IMG/VR virus record: IMGVR_UViG_3300036791_001015
Origin: an uncultured virus (IMG/VR IMGVR_UViG_3300036791_001015)
Lineage: Duplodnaviria > Heunggongvirae > Uroviricota > Caudoviricetes
DNA length: 54,642 bases
Strand: one strand, 5' to 3'
A model generated the notes under the pieces. The model was not told the origin of the DNA. It saw nothing but the letters and a program-made list of their open reading frames with translations, and made no database searches. Position numbers and translations under genes: made by a program. This document shows positions 44,615 to 54,642 of the stretch, piece after piece (within the stretch, counting starts at the first letter, position 1; every line of letters begins with the position of its first letter).

Positions 44615-46686
44615 GCAAGCCTCGCTTTAAGCGCGGTCATTTCAGCGCTCAATTCTTGAACTGCCTTCCACAAGACGGCAACCAGTTCATTGTAGTTGAG
44701 ACCCTGTCCTATGCCTCCTTCTCCCTTAAAGATACGGTGTCCACCAAAATTATGGTCTTTAAAGACCTCGCCGACATGCTGCGCGACGAACCCCCAGTGA
44801 ACAATACCGTCATCTTCCGGCGGGCCGTTATTGAAACGATAGCGCTTTGGTACAAGCGCGCGCACAAAATCGAGACAATCTGGCACATCTTCAATATCGG
44901 TCTTTTGGCTGATATCGCTTGAAGTAATGTAATTGTATGCGGCTACACCGTACCACGAATTACCGTTGGCTGGATAAGGCAGACCGCACCAATAGGTGTT
45001 GTTGGCGGCTGGCGTCAGATGCGGGTTGATGAATATTACATTGCCATCTCTACTGTTCCATATAAGCGCTTGCCCGCCTGCCGCATAAAGTTGCCAATTG
45101 ACCGGGGCTGCTCCGCCACGATCGGCAAAAGTAAAGGAAGCGGTTCCCCCCGTCGTAGTTATTGCATTGTAGGCGGTCAGCGCGCCGTTACCAGCAATAC
45201 TGGCGAGCGTTGCCCCCCCACCAGCACTATAAAAATAGAAAGTACCGTTGCCCGAAGGTAGAATAAACACATAGTTGGTATTGGTGCTTTCGACATAAAT
45301 CTGTCCAGTTGAGTTTGGACCAAGATAAATAGTACCTTTACAGTAAGTATTTCCGTTAACGGTTAGGGCGGAACCCATATTTACATTGCCAGTAACACTT
45401 AGAATGGCACCCATTGTTACATTGCCGGTTGCGTTATCGGCGTAAAAGGGACGCAAACTATTAAAGGTGCCGAGCCAATCGCCGCTGGCGGTCAGCAAAA
45501 GATAAGTAGTGTTCCCGTCATTATACCAAAACGAGCCGTAGCCCAACCCATTGGACATATGGAATTGGCCCGCCACCGGGCTGGTGCCGGTCGATGTCAC
45601 AAAGATCGTGTTGTTAAATGTCGCCTTGCCGCTACCAGAAAGACCCAACAATTGCAGTGGGGTCGCCGATGCGTTCGGGAAGTCGTAGATATTCAGACCG
45701 CCCGCCGTACCAGCGCCCCGGTTGATAAAGACATCCGTCTCGCCGCCGCCACCCGTGTAATTCCACCCGATACCTATCGCGCCGCTATTGGCAAGCACAT
45801 TGAATGTCGTATTAAGCTGCGCCCACGTAAAACCTCCTATGTTGACAACACCGCCGCCGGTTCTAAACCCGCCGTTAGTCTGTGTCAGTCCAGAACTTAC
45901 GACCCGCAGAGCCTCGGTAAGGGTTGCATCTGTGGAAACGCGGCGCGTCGAAAAAACAATATCGCCTTGGCTGTTGTTCGATCCGCTGGTAACCCAGCCC
46001 TGAATAGTCGCGAACCGCCAAACCTGTTGATTAGCACTAAACAAAATCGCGCCGCCGTTACCCACACCAACGCCAACATCATCCAGCAGTAAAACATTTA
46101 TGAGTGAGCCTGCCGTGTTGAAAGCAGCTGAACCCTGACCAACACCTCCTAACCCTGACACCGTAACTCTAGCAAATACGCCCGTTACTCCGGTTCCGAT
46201 GCCGAGATAGCCACCAGCCAACTGCATCTGAAGGGTCGTGCCGCCGTACCAAGCAAAATTATTGCCTGTCGTCCCCACCGAATGCCACAGCGTGCCGCTG
46301 TCGATCCCAATCGCGTAATCAGCAGACGAAGAACTCAAACTGGGATAGAGAACGAGCTTGGTGCCAGCCGACCGGGTGGTGAATGCTGGCGGCGCAGTAC
46401 CGTAGGCAAGCCACATCATCCAATTCGACGTGGTGTTACTCAACGTGATCTGCGGCGCTGTGCCGGTCAGGGACATCGCCCCGGTCAGGGACATCGCCCC
46501 GGTCAGTGCTGTTGTGCCGTTGACCGTCAGATTACCGGGATTGCTTAAAGTCCCTCCGGTGAGCAACAGAAACGGGCCGCTCGGTGACGATGTCGTGTTC
46601 CATGTCGAGCCGTTCCACATCCACGCAACACCGCTAGACGTAAACGTCTGGCCGTTTGTCGGTGTATCGGGAAAATTCATCGGCAT
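44611..46686 (-). CDS. Tail fibre with S74-like chaperone
   Basis: SDISQKTDI...WGFVAQ...[15 protein letters not shown]. Confidence 0.88.
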   Translation of the reverse strand: MPMNFPDTPTNGQTFTSSGVAWMWNGSTWNTTSSPSGPFLLLTGGTLSNPGNLTVNGTTALTGAMSLTGAMSLTGTAPQITLSNTTSNWMMWLAYGTAPPAFTTRSAGTKLVLYPSLSSSSADYAIGIDSGTLWHSVGTTGNNFAWYGGTTLQMQLAGGYLGIGTGVTGVFARVTVSGLGGVGQGSAAFNTAGSLINVLLLDDVGVGVGNGGAILFSANQQVWRFATIQGWVTSGSNNSQGDIVFSTRRVSTDATLTEALRVVSSGLTQTNGGFRTGGGVVNIGGFTWAQLNTTFNVLANSGAIGIGWNYTGGGGETDVFINRGAGTAGGLNIYDFPNASATPLQLLGLSGSGKATFNNTIFVTSTGTSPVAGQFHMSNGLGYGSFWYNDGNTTYLLLTASGDWLGTFNSLRPFYADNATGNVTMGAILSVTGNVNMGSALTVNGNTYCKGTIYLGPNSTGQIYVESTNTNYVFILPSGNGTFYFYSAGGGATLASIAGNGALTAYNAITTTGGTASFTFADRGGAAPVNWQLYAAGGQALIWNSRDGNVIFINPHLTPAANNTYWCGLPYPANGNSWYGVAAYNYITSSDISQKTDIEDVPDCLDFVRALVPKRYRFNNGPPEDDGIVHWGFVAQHVGEVFKDHNFGGHRIFKGEGGIGQGLNYNELVAVLWKAVQELSAEMTALKARLA

Positions 46687-46691
46687 CGGAA

Positions 46692-47834
46692 TTATCTCAC
46701 CCGCAGTGCGTATATAGTGGTGCTAACGGTTGTTGTAGCGCTGGCCCAGATCGCGCGAACATTAACAGCCGCTAATCCAGTGGCGGACAGGTTAGCAGTC
46801 CATATCCCTGTTGGTAATACGCAGCCGTTAGCCAGCGTTGGACCATAGATAAGATGATCTGACGCTTGCACGTTCTGCGGTGTGTTACCCGTATATCCAC
46901 TGGTAATGCTAGCCTCTAGTAAGGTGAACCCACCAGTATTAGTAAACTGTACCATCCCCCAAACAATCCACTGCCCGGCTGGCAAGTTAAGAGACGCTAA
47001 TTGATAATTAGTGTTGCTGGTGGCTAGTGTTTGGTTAGGAGTGGAGCTAGCGGTCTGCAACTCACCAACCATGCCCGCCGCCGCGCTGCTGCCATTGGTG
47101 ACGCCAACAATACCTCCGGGAGCCGCGACTGTGCCGGAAAACGTTGCGGCGTTGCCAGCAAGGACCAGTGAATTGATGGCTGCGTTTGTTCCAGTCGGGA
47201 TCGTCGCCAGCTGCAAGTTTGTTCCGTTGGCGCTGCCTGTCCATGTCTCGGTAGCGCCAAACGTAATCGATGCGCTATAGGTAGTGGTGAAACTCGTGCC
47301 GTAGCCGATAGCGCCCAGAACAGCAAGATTGTCGCCGTTCTGCACCGCTGTCGGTGCCGCCGCCGTGCCGCGCGCGTGGCGCATTTTCAGTTGAACGGCG
47401 CTCGCACCATAATTGTCGATCGAGACAGCGGCCAAAGTCTCGCTCGCTAGCCACAGTTTCGGGTTGTCCGCGTTGGGCTGCGGCTGCGTTGCCGTGTCGT
47501 TGATCAGCAGTGCGTTAGGGCCTGGGCCGGTTACCGGCTGAACACCAATCGTTCCACCTGTTAGTGGCAGATATAGACCACCACCCATATTGTTGGCAGT
47601 CACCCACTGAGAACTCGTTCCATCGTTGTAATAGACATAAAGCTGCCCAATACCGGGAGAACTGTTCCACCAAAGCAATCCCGGTGTTGGAACTGGTGGT
47701 GGCGTATCGGCGATCGTCGTTAGAAAGCCGACACCGTTACCGGATTTCCACTTAACAGTATCCCACAGCCAGCTACCATCACCCGTCGTGAATATCTGGC
47801 CGTTGGTTGGTGTGTTGGGGAAATCAAGCGCCAT
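46692..47834 (-). CDS. Tail fibre/adaptor protein
   Basis: TAATG coupling; [14 protein letters not shown]-terminus; WWNS..GQLYVYY.DG module; beta-sandwich-like C-terminus; no chaperone. Confidence 0.8.
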   Translation of the reverse strand: MALDFPNTPTNGQIFTTGDGSWLWDTVKWKSGNGVGFLTTIADTPPPVPTPGLLWWNSSPGIGQLYVYYNDGTSSQWVTANNMGGGLYLPLTGGTIGVQPVTGPGPNALLINDTATQPQPNADNPKLWLASETLAAVSIDNYGASAVQLKMRHARGTAAAPTAVQNGDNLAVLGAIGYGTSFTTTYSASITFGATETWTGSANGTNLQLATIPTGTNAAINSLVLAGNAATFSGTVAAPGGIVGVTNGSSAAAGMVGELQTASSTPNQTLATSNTNYQLASLNLPAGQWIVWGMVQFTNTGGFTLLEASITSGYTGNTPQNVQASDHLIYGPTLANGCVLPTGIWTANLSATGLAAVNVRAIWASATTTVSTTIYALRVR

Positions 47835-50800
47835 TACGCTAGCCTTGCTTCTAGCTGATCGATCCGCGCTGCCATCTCCTGCACCGCTTTCCACAGGACA
47901 GCGGTCAACTCGTTATAACGCAGTCCTTGCGTCTGCTGCGCGTCATCGCCAACCAGATGACCGCCAAACACCACGCCCGCCGCTGCCATCGCCGCGCCGA
48001 CATCTTGCGCGATAAACCCCCAGTTTGGCCGGTCCTGTTCCGGTCCGCTGCGAAGGCGATATTGTCGTGGATGGATCGCTTGCACCAGATCGAGACAACT
48101 CGACGGCAGATCGTCAATATCGGTCTTATGGCGCAGATCAGAGGCGGTGTCGAAGTGGTATGACCATACGTCGGTCCACGCCAAGCTGCCAAATCCGCAG
48201 GTTTGGGTATTATTCGCGCTTGGGGCTAACGCGGTATTACAGGAGACGCCGATACCGGCAGCAACCTGCAACCAAGTCGTACCGCCGCCGATGTTCTGAA
48301 ACGTGTGGGTGGTATTGCGGTAATAGTTCTGCGGGTCACCGGAGCCGCCGCAGATCACCGCGCCGTTGCCGGAACCATCACGCAGGTAGACGTAGCTCCC
48401 CCCGGCGTCGAGACAATGAATGCCGTTGGAGTAATAAAAGCCGCCGATGGTCAGATTGCCGCCACTGCTGACTGTGAGCACGTCGCTTCCATTATAGAGG
48501 CGCGCGATGCCGCCAGTGGCGTACCAAATCCATGAAGCGGCTGAATTACTGCGATCTTGGAAGGAGAAACCAGCGTTTGTACCATTGCTGATGATCAAAT
48601 TGCCAGAAGTGATCGAACCATTTACCACGGATAGTCCGGTAGAACTGAGTGATGCAGCCTGCCCGTTACCAATGGCCCCGGTACCGACAAAGAAATTGAT
48701 GGTGCCGCCACGCGCCCAGAGGATCAGGTTACCAGTGTAGTCACCGGTTGTCGCGTTAGCCTTGCGCCCCTCAACACCGGCAAAATCGGCGTAGGCCCCC
48801 GCCGTCGTATATTGACCCTGAAAGGTAATACCACCGCCAACGCCCTGTGCCATCGCTCGCGCATCTTGAAAGGACGCTGTGGTGATATCCCAGTAGTAAG
48901 TATTATTGGCAGGCGTGGATAAGGCGGCAAAGGTCGCACCATTGTTGAAACTTGCCCCACTGACCAACAAACCAACCGTGGTAAAATATCCGGCCCTACC
49001 CGTGGTGGTCCAAATCGAGACGGCTTGACCGATAATATCGAGACTGCCTCCCGACAGCCCAATCCCAAAATTACCGACGCTGCCGCCAAACAGATCGATC
49101 CTGTTCGCGACCGGCGGCGTGTTAGTATAGGCCGATCCGAATTGGATAACACCTGTCACCGGTACTGCGGCGGTACTCCCGCTAAGCGCGAGATAGGGCG
49201 TCGAGACATCAATAGTCGAAGGTGACGTGCCGGTATTAAGATGCAAGCCTGGACCAACCTGCCAGTTTGGTCCCTGCGGCCCCGGCGGCGAACTATTGGC
49301 AATTACCCATTGTTGCGAATTACCGTCGTCATACCAAAGATAGAGTTCACCACCGACATCATCCCACCACATATTGCCGACAGCGGGTGAAGCAGGTGGT
49401 GTCGGCCCTACTGTAACAGTACTACCTCCGCCACCCGTACCTGTCGGACCTGTTGCCCCTGTCGCCCCTGTAGGCCCGGTCGGGCCTGGAACGACTGATG
49501 CTGCTCCCGTGGGACCTGTAGGTCCTGTAGGGCCTGGAACTGTGGAATTTGCACCTGTAGGACCTGTTGCTCCGGTAGGTCCAGCTATACCAGTATTACC
49601 AGTGGGTCCCGTTGGTCCTGCTACGCCTGTATTACCGGTTGGACCGATAGCACCTGTTGCACCCGTGGGGCCGGTCGGACCGGGAACTGTTGATGCAGCA
49701 CCAGTTGGCCCGGTCGGGCCAGTTGCCCCCTGCGGGCCAGGGACTTGGCTGATCGCCCCGGTCGCCCCCTGCGCCCCGGTCGCCCCGGTCGCCCCATTAG
49801 CCCCCTGCGGCCCGGTATCCCCGGTCGGGCCAGGGATGGTCGAGGCCGCCCCGGTTGCGCCTGTCGCCCCGGTCGCGCCCGTGGCTCCAGGCGTTCCAGG
49901 CGTGCCGGTCGCGCCGGTCGGGCCGGTTGGTCCCCCCGCTGGCCCGGTAGGGCCGACAACACCACTATTGGCGATCACCCACTGTGCTGAAGTACCGTCA
50001 TCATACCAGACGTAAAGCTGCCCGTTGGAAACCGCGCTATCCCACCAGAGATTGCCCTGTGACGGGCCAACCGGTGGTGTGTCGGAGACGGTGATCGAAC
50101 CGCCGCCCCCGGTTCCCCCGCCCGCTGGGCCTGTCGCCCCGGTCGCGCCTGTGGGACCGGTCGGACCAGCGGGGCCTGTCGCCCCGGTCGGGCCAGGGCC
50201 TCCGCTGCCGGTGCCACCGCCGACCGGCACACCATTCTTAAAGAAACCGCCCGAGGCGTCGATCTTGCCGTTGGCCTTTACGTCGCCCGTGTGCGTCGTC
50301 TGCGGTGTGTCAAAGGTGATCTGGCTGACGGCTTTTTGCGTTGAGCTTTCGACATTGGTATTAAACGCCTTGCCTTGCACGCTCAGCGGATTGGTCGGTG
50401 TGGTAAATTGAAATGTCCCGCCGCCTGACGGGTTAAAATCCATATTGGTCGCGCCATTCTGTGTCCGCACCTGAAAGCTGTTGGTGCTGACATTGGGGAG
50501 CGCGTTGGGCTGCGAGCGAAAACCGGGGATAAAAAAGCCATCCGAGAGATCGTGCATCCGGCTGGCAAACTGGTCCTGCTGATCCCCCTTGTTCCACCAG
50601 TTGTCGATCGACCGGCTGGCAAAGACCGTCAGGCCCTCATCGCCCTTTTGCACCGGGATGGTGATCGCCATCCCACCGCCGCCAAGATTGAGGGTCGGCA
50701 TCGTCAGCTTGGGGATGGCATTCCACTGGATCGCGCCACCCGGTTGCAGTGTCGCCAGCTTTATCGAGCTATTGCCATCGACCGTGTTCTGCTGCGGATT

Positions 50801-50938
50801 ATGGCTCTCGGCGATAATCGGCATCGCCGTCCACATCCCCGATTGATGGGCCTGATGGGTCTGACGATTGAGTTCATCGAGATCGTAGAACCGCTCGGTC
50901 AGATCAAAGACGCCGCTGCTGCTGTTGTCGTCAGCCAT
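47834..50938 (-). CDS. Baseplate central spike (Gp138-like N-terminus) fused to collagen repeats, a fibre and an S74-like chaperone
   Basis: WTAMP...[19 protein letters not shown]...[13 protein letters not shown]; Gly-X-Y run; SDLRHKTDI...WKAVQEM. Confidence 0.9.
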   Translation of the reverse strand: MADDNSSSGVFDLTERFYDLDELNRQTHQAHQSGMWTAMPIIAESHNPQQNTVDGNSSIKLATLQPGGAIQWNAIPKLTMPTLNLGGGGMAITIPVQKGDEGLTVFASRSIDNWWNKGDQQDQFASRMHDLSDGFFIPGFRSQPNALPNVSTNSFQVRTQNGATNMDFNPSGGGTFQFTTPTNPLSVQGKAFNTNVESSTQKAVSQITFDTPQTTHTGDVKANGKIDASGGFFKNGVPVGGGTGSGGPGPTGATGPAGPTGPTGATGATGPAGGGTGGGGSITVSDTPPVGPSQGNLWWDSAVSNGQLYVWYDDGTSAQWVIANSGVVGPTGPAGGPTGPTGATGTPGTPGATGATGATGATGAASTIPGPTGDTGPQGANGATGATGAQGATGAISQVPGPQGATGPTGPTGAASTVPGPTGPTGATGAIGPTGNTGVAGPTGPTGNTGIAGPTGATGPTGANSTVPGPTGPTGPTGAASVVPGPTGPTGATGATGPTGTGGGGSTVTVGPTPPASPAVGNMWWDDVGGELYLWYDDGNSQQWVIANSSPPGPQGPNWQVGPGLHLNTGTSPSTIDVSTPYLALSGSTAAVPVTGVIQFGSAYTNTPPVANRIDLFGGSVGNFGIGLSGGSLDIIGQAVSIWTTTGRAGYFTTVGLLVSGASFNNGATFAALSTPANNTYYWDITTASFQDARAMAQGVGGGITFQGQYTTAGAYADFAGVEGRKANATTGDYTGNLILWARGGTINFFVGTGAIGNGQAASLSSTGLSVVNGSITSGNLIISNGTNAGFSFQDRSNSAASWIWYATGGIARLYNGSDVLTVSSGGNLTIGGFYYSNGIHCLDAGGSYVYLRDGSGNGAVICGGSGDPQNYYRNTTHTFQNIGGGTTWLQVAAGIGVSCNTALAPSANNTQTCGFGSLAWTDVWSYHFDTASDLRHKTDIDDLPSSCLDLVQAIHPRQYRLRSGPEQDRPNWGFIAQDVGAAMAAAGVVFGGHLVGDDAQQTQGLRYNELTAVLWKAVQEMAARIDQLEARLA
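49435..49960 (-). repeat. Collagen-like GPT/GAT repeat
   Basis: Gly-X-Thr triplets with STVP interruptions; a shorter run lies at ~50115-50200. Confidence 0.9.
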
Positions 50939-50945
50939 CAGCCCC

Positions 50946-51278
50946 TCACGGCATCACAAGATAGACGTGACCGTCCGTGCCAAGATTGTCAAAAGTCGGC
51001 ACACTGTCGGGCGAATTAAACGGTCCGGTGGTCATCACCGTGATCACCGTGGTGGTCGCCAGCGGGATATAGCCAAACTGGCCGAGAAGATCGGTGCCGG
51101 TGACGATCGGCAGACCGATAAGGATCGGTGTTATGCCATCGACATCATAGATATCGAGTTGCCAGCACTGGGTCACGGTGTTCCATTTGAAAAACAGCGT
51201 GTAGGCGACACCGCCCCAGGTCACGGTCTCGTTAAAGGGATGCCCACTCTCGGTCGGGATTTCGGCGATGCTGGCCAT
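50946..51278 (-). CDS. Baseplate plug-like protein
   Basis: Y.L...WN....W.LDI.D..G..PI..G.PIVTG.DLL.QF.Y. Confidence 0.8.
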   Translation of the reverse strand: MASIAEIPTESGHPFNETVTWGGVAYTLFFKWNTVTQCWQLDIYDVDGITPILIGLPIVTGTDLLGQFGYIPLATTTVITVMTTGPFNSPDSVPTFDNLGTDGHVYLVMP

Positions 51279-52154
51279 TTACGGTGAGATAATCTGAGGG
51301 GGCGCGGGCGGAATGGGGATGACCTGCCCTGCTTGGTTGCCGGTCGAAACCGGCGGCGGTGGCTCGACAAAGTCTTTACCGGTAACAGCGGGCGCGATCG
51401 GAATTTCCTGCCCCTGCTGATTTTGGCTGACCATGCCGACTTTACCGCCGCCGCCGATGCCACTGTCGCTGCTGCTCGTGCTGTACTTAGTGCTGTCGCC
51501 AATACCTTTTTCATTTAACTGAGCATCGGAGCTATTCGCGTGCGTGGTCTGATTGGCGGTTGAGCTTGCGGTCTCGGCTGGCTTTGTCGTCGGCTTGTCG
51601 CCATTCCCCGTTGCGGGCGCGGTCTTGTCCGGTTCTTGGTGTTCGTTGGCCGAGGACGACATCCCCTGCACTTGAGCGGTCTGGGTCGCGACGATGATCA
51701 CCTCGCGGCACATGATCTGCGCCATCAGCGTATATTCGTTGTGGTTGTCGGTGCTGACCACCAGCCGCTCGATCAGCATATTCTGATACGAGCGCTTGCC
51801 GGTAATCACGTCAAACGGCATCAAGGACGCTTGCCAGCTTAACAGCAGGCCGTAGACGCCACTCTCCGCCGACAGATCAAAGGCCAGCGCGGTTGACCAG
51901 CCAGCGGTGATATTGACCTGTACCGGGCGCTTAAACGCGTGATCGCTGACGGGTGCCCCGCCCTCGACGGGATGGTCGGTTATCTGTAGCTCATCGGTGT
52001 GCTGTTCCTCGATCGTCACATTAGCGACGATCCCGCCGATCGACCGGCGGTGCGGCTGAAAGAGCGCGGGCGTCCAGTTGCCATAGGGCAGGACCGGACT
52101 GGCCGCAGGCGCGGCGGGCGTCTCCCTGACCATTGATGGCGGCGGCGAGGCCAT
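51279..52154 (-). CDS. Dit-like/tail tube initiator protein
   Basis: EEQHTDELQITDHPVEGGAPVSDHAFKRP...VITGKRSYQNMLI. Confidence 0.85.
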   Translation of the reverse strand: MASPPPSMVRETPAAPAASPVLPYGNWTPALFQPHRRSIGGIVANVTIEEQHTDELQITDHPVEGGAPVSDHAFKRPVQVNITAGWSTALAFDLSAESGVYGLLLSWQASLMPFDVITGKRSYQNMLIERLVVSTDNHNEYTLMAQIMCREVIIVATQTAQVQGMSSSANEHQEPDKTAPATGNGDKPTTKPAETASSTANQTTHANSSDAQLNEKGIGDSTKYSTSSSDSGIGGGGKVGMVSQNQQGQEIPIAPAVTGKDFVEPPPPVSTGNQAGQVIPIPPAPPQIISP

Positions 52155-53439
52155 CAGGTTTCCACCTGTCGCTTATAGGTCGTGTTACCGACCTTGGCGC
52201 TCTCGATCACCATATTGTCCTCTCCCACCGCGAGACAGACGAGATCGTCGTACCAGGGCTGACCACGCGTATCGCCGCTGATCTCGATGGTAAAAATCTT
52301 GTAGCGTCCGACCGGCGATGTCGGCGTTGGGACTTCGATCTGCGGTGTCCCCTTGCCTGCCAGCGCCTCCTGCTTCTTCTGGGTCTCGTAGGTGCCTTCG
52401 ACACCGGCCCCCGGTATGTAGGAGATGCCCGAGATAAATTTCTTGTCGAGTTGCACCAGCCCGCACACCTTAAAGCGCGGATTGAGCAGACAGCGGATTT
52501 GCATCCCTTCCGGTGTCGCTTCTGGTATCCCGATAAGGCCGGTCTGCGGGCTGAGGATCACCGCCTCGCCGGGTAATATCTCCTTCTGTTCGACCACGTG
52601 CAGCTTGTTGTTGTCGGGAAAGCAGTTCGCGCCGTATTTGTTCATCATGTCGCGCAGATATTTATGGGTCGGTCCAGCGACGATCAGTGGCCACTTTAAT
52701 ACCTGGGTGCCGACAGTGGGGCTGAGATAGCCCGCCGGTATTCCGGTATCCTTGACATATTGCTGGATAATATCGCTCTCTTTGGTGCCCACCTCAAACC
52801 GGTGAAATGATGTGGCCCCCGCGAGGCTGTCGGTATCGACCGCTCTGATCTCCATATAGGTGTCGGTGATATTCTCGCGCCCGATACGATACTGCACCAC
52901 GGTCCCGTCAAAGATCATACCGTATTGCGCGAATTTGTAGCCCGCGCTCAGTTGCACGCGGGTAAACTGGATGATCTTTTTCATCGTCTGCGGCGACAGA
53001 TTATAGACCTTCGCCTCCAGCACATTGGGTGTACCGACCACATTTTTGTGGACGTTAAAGGTCACCCGCAAACCGCCAAGCTCAAGCCCCGCCGCCTGCT
53101 TGGCATCGCTCGCTGGCGTCGAAGCTGGAGGATCGGCCTTGGCGGTGACCTGCACATCGGGAAGCTCGATCGTGTCTGCACGTGATCCAGGCGCGCGCTG
53201 GACGCGCGCCAGGGCGGGGCCTGATTGGACGGGGGAGGCAGATGCGGGTGGCCCGAATTGCTCGCTCTGTTTGTAGACGATCAGACTGATCTGCCTGATC
53301 CACTGCGCGTTGTCGGGGGCCTTGCCGCCTTGCTTAAAGCCACCCGAATACGGCCCCTGGCTGGGCTGCATCTTCCCCGCCAGGGATTGCCACACCTCCT
53401 GCGTCGCAGGATTGTTCCAGGCGGGATTGCCATCCGGCA

Positions 53440-53443
<4 letters not shown>
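52154..53443 (-). CDS. Baseplate hub protein (gp27/gp44-like)
   Basis: VYNLSPQT...LSAGY...IFDG; TGLIGIP...CLLNP; GRYKI...GDTRGQPWY. Confidence 0.85.

Positions 53444-54642
<1,199 letters not shown>

Noticed and set aside
46463..46506. 18-nt tandem repeat in a fibre gene (LTGAMS x2)
   Set aside because: Ordinary in-frame shaft repeat duplication

Overview
A 54.6-kb, GC-rich fragment of a tailed (myovirus-like) bacteriophage. The host is probably alphaproteobacterial, judged from about 15 promoters of the Rhizobiales RpoD type, CTTGAC/A-N17-CTATAT. Bases 1-33.4 kb are a mostly rightward early/accessory region of many small genes. Recognisable ones include RHH/HTH regulators, an amidoligase, a gamma-glutamylcyclotransferase, a Zn-finger/TOPRIM primase, a sigma-like protein, an inverted GH16 glycoside hydrolase, a HAD 5'-nucleotidase, a minimal ATP-dependent ligase, a ParB-like protein and an HNH-AP2 endonuclease. 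A repeat-rich non-coding junction (33.4-33.9 kb), a lipoprotein and an inverted GT2-TPR glycosyltransferase follow. The remainder is a leftward baseplate/tail-fibre operon, truncated in a lysozyme/CHAP-bearing tape-measure-like gene. Best novel candidates: (1) a covarying bulged hairpin at the predicted +1 of four promoters, linking amidoligase, GGCT and two other genes; (2) a spike fused to collagen and a fibre, with three 'socket' modules matching three fibres that carry a shared N-terminal 'plug' (branched receptor-binding tree); (3) an HNH insertion that carries a recoded 3' end of its host gene; (4) three dispersed coiled-coil/TM paralogs; (5) a recurrent RPxLxRR(..AA) C-terminal motif. 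All family calls come from motifs recognised by eye; no searches were run.
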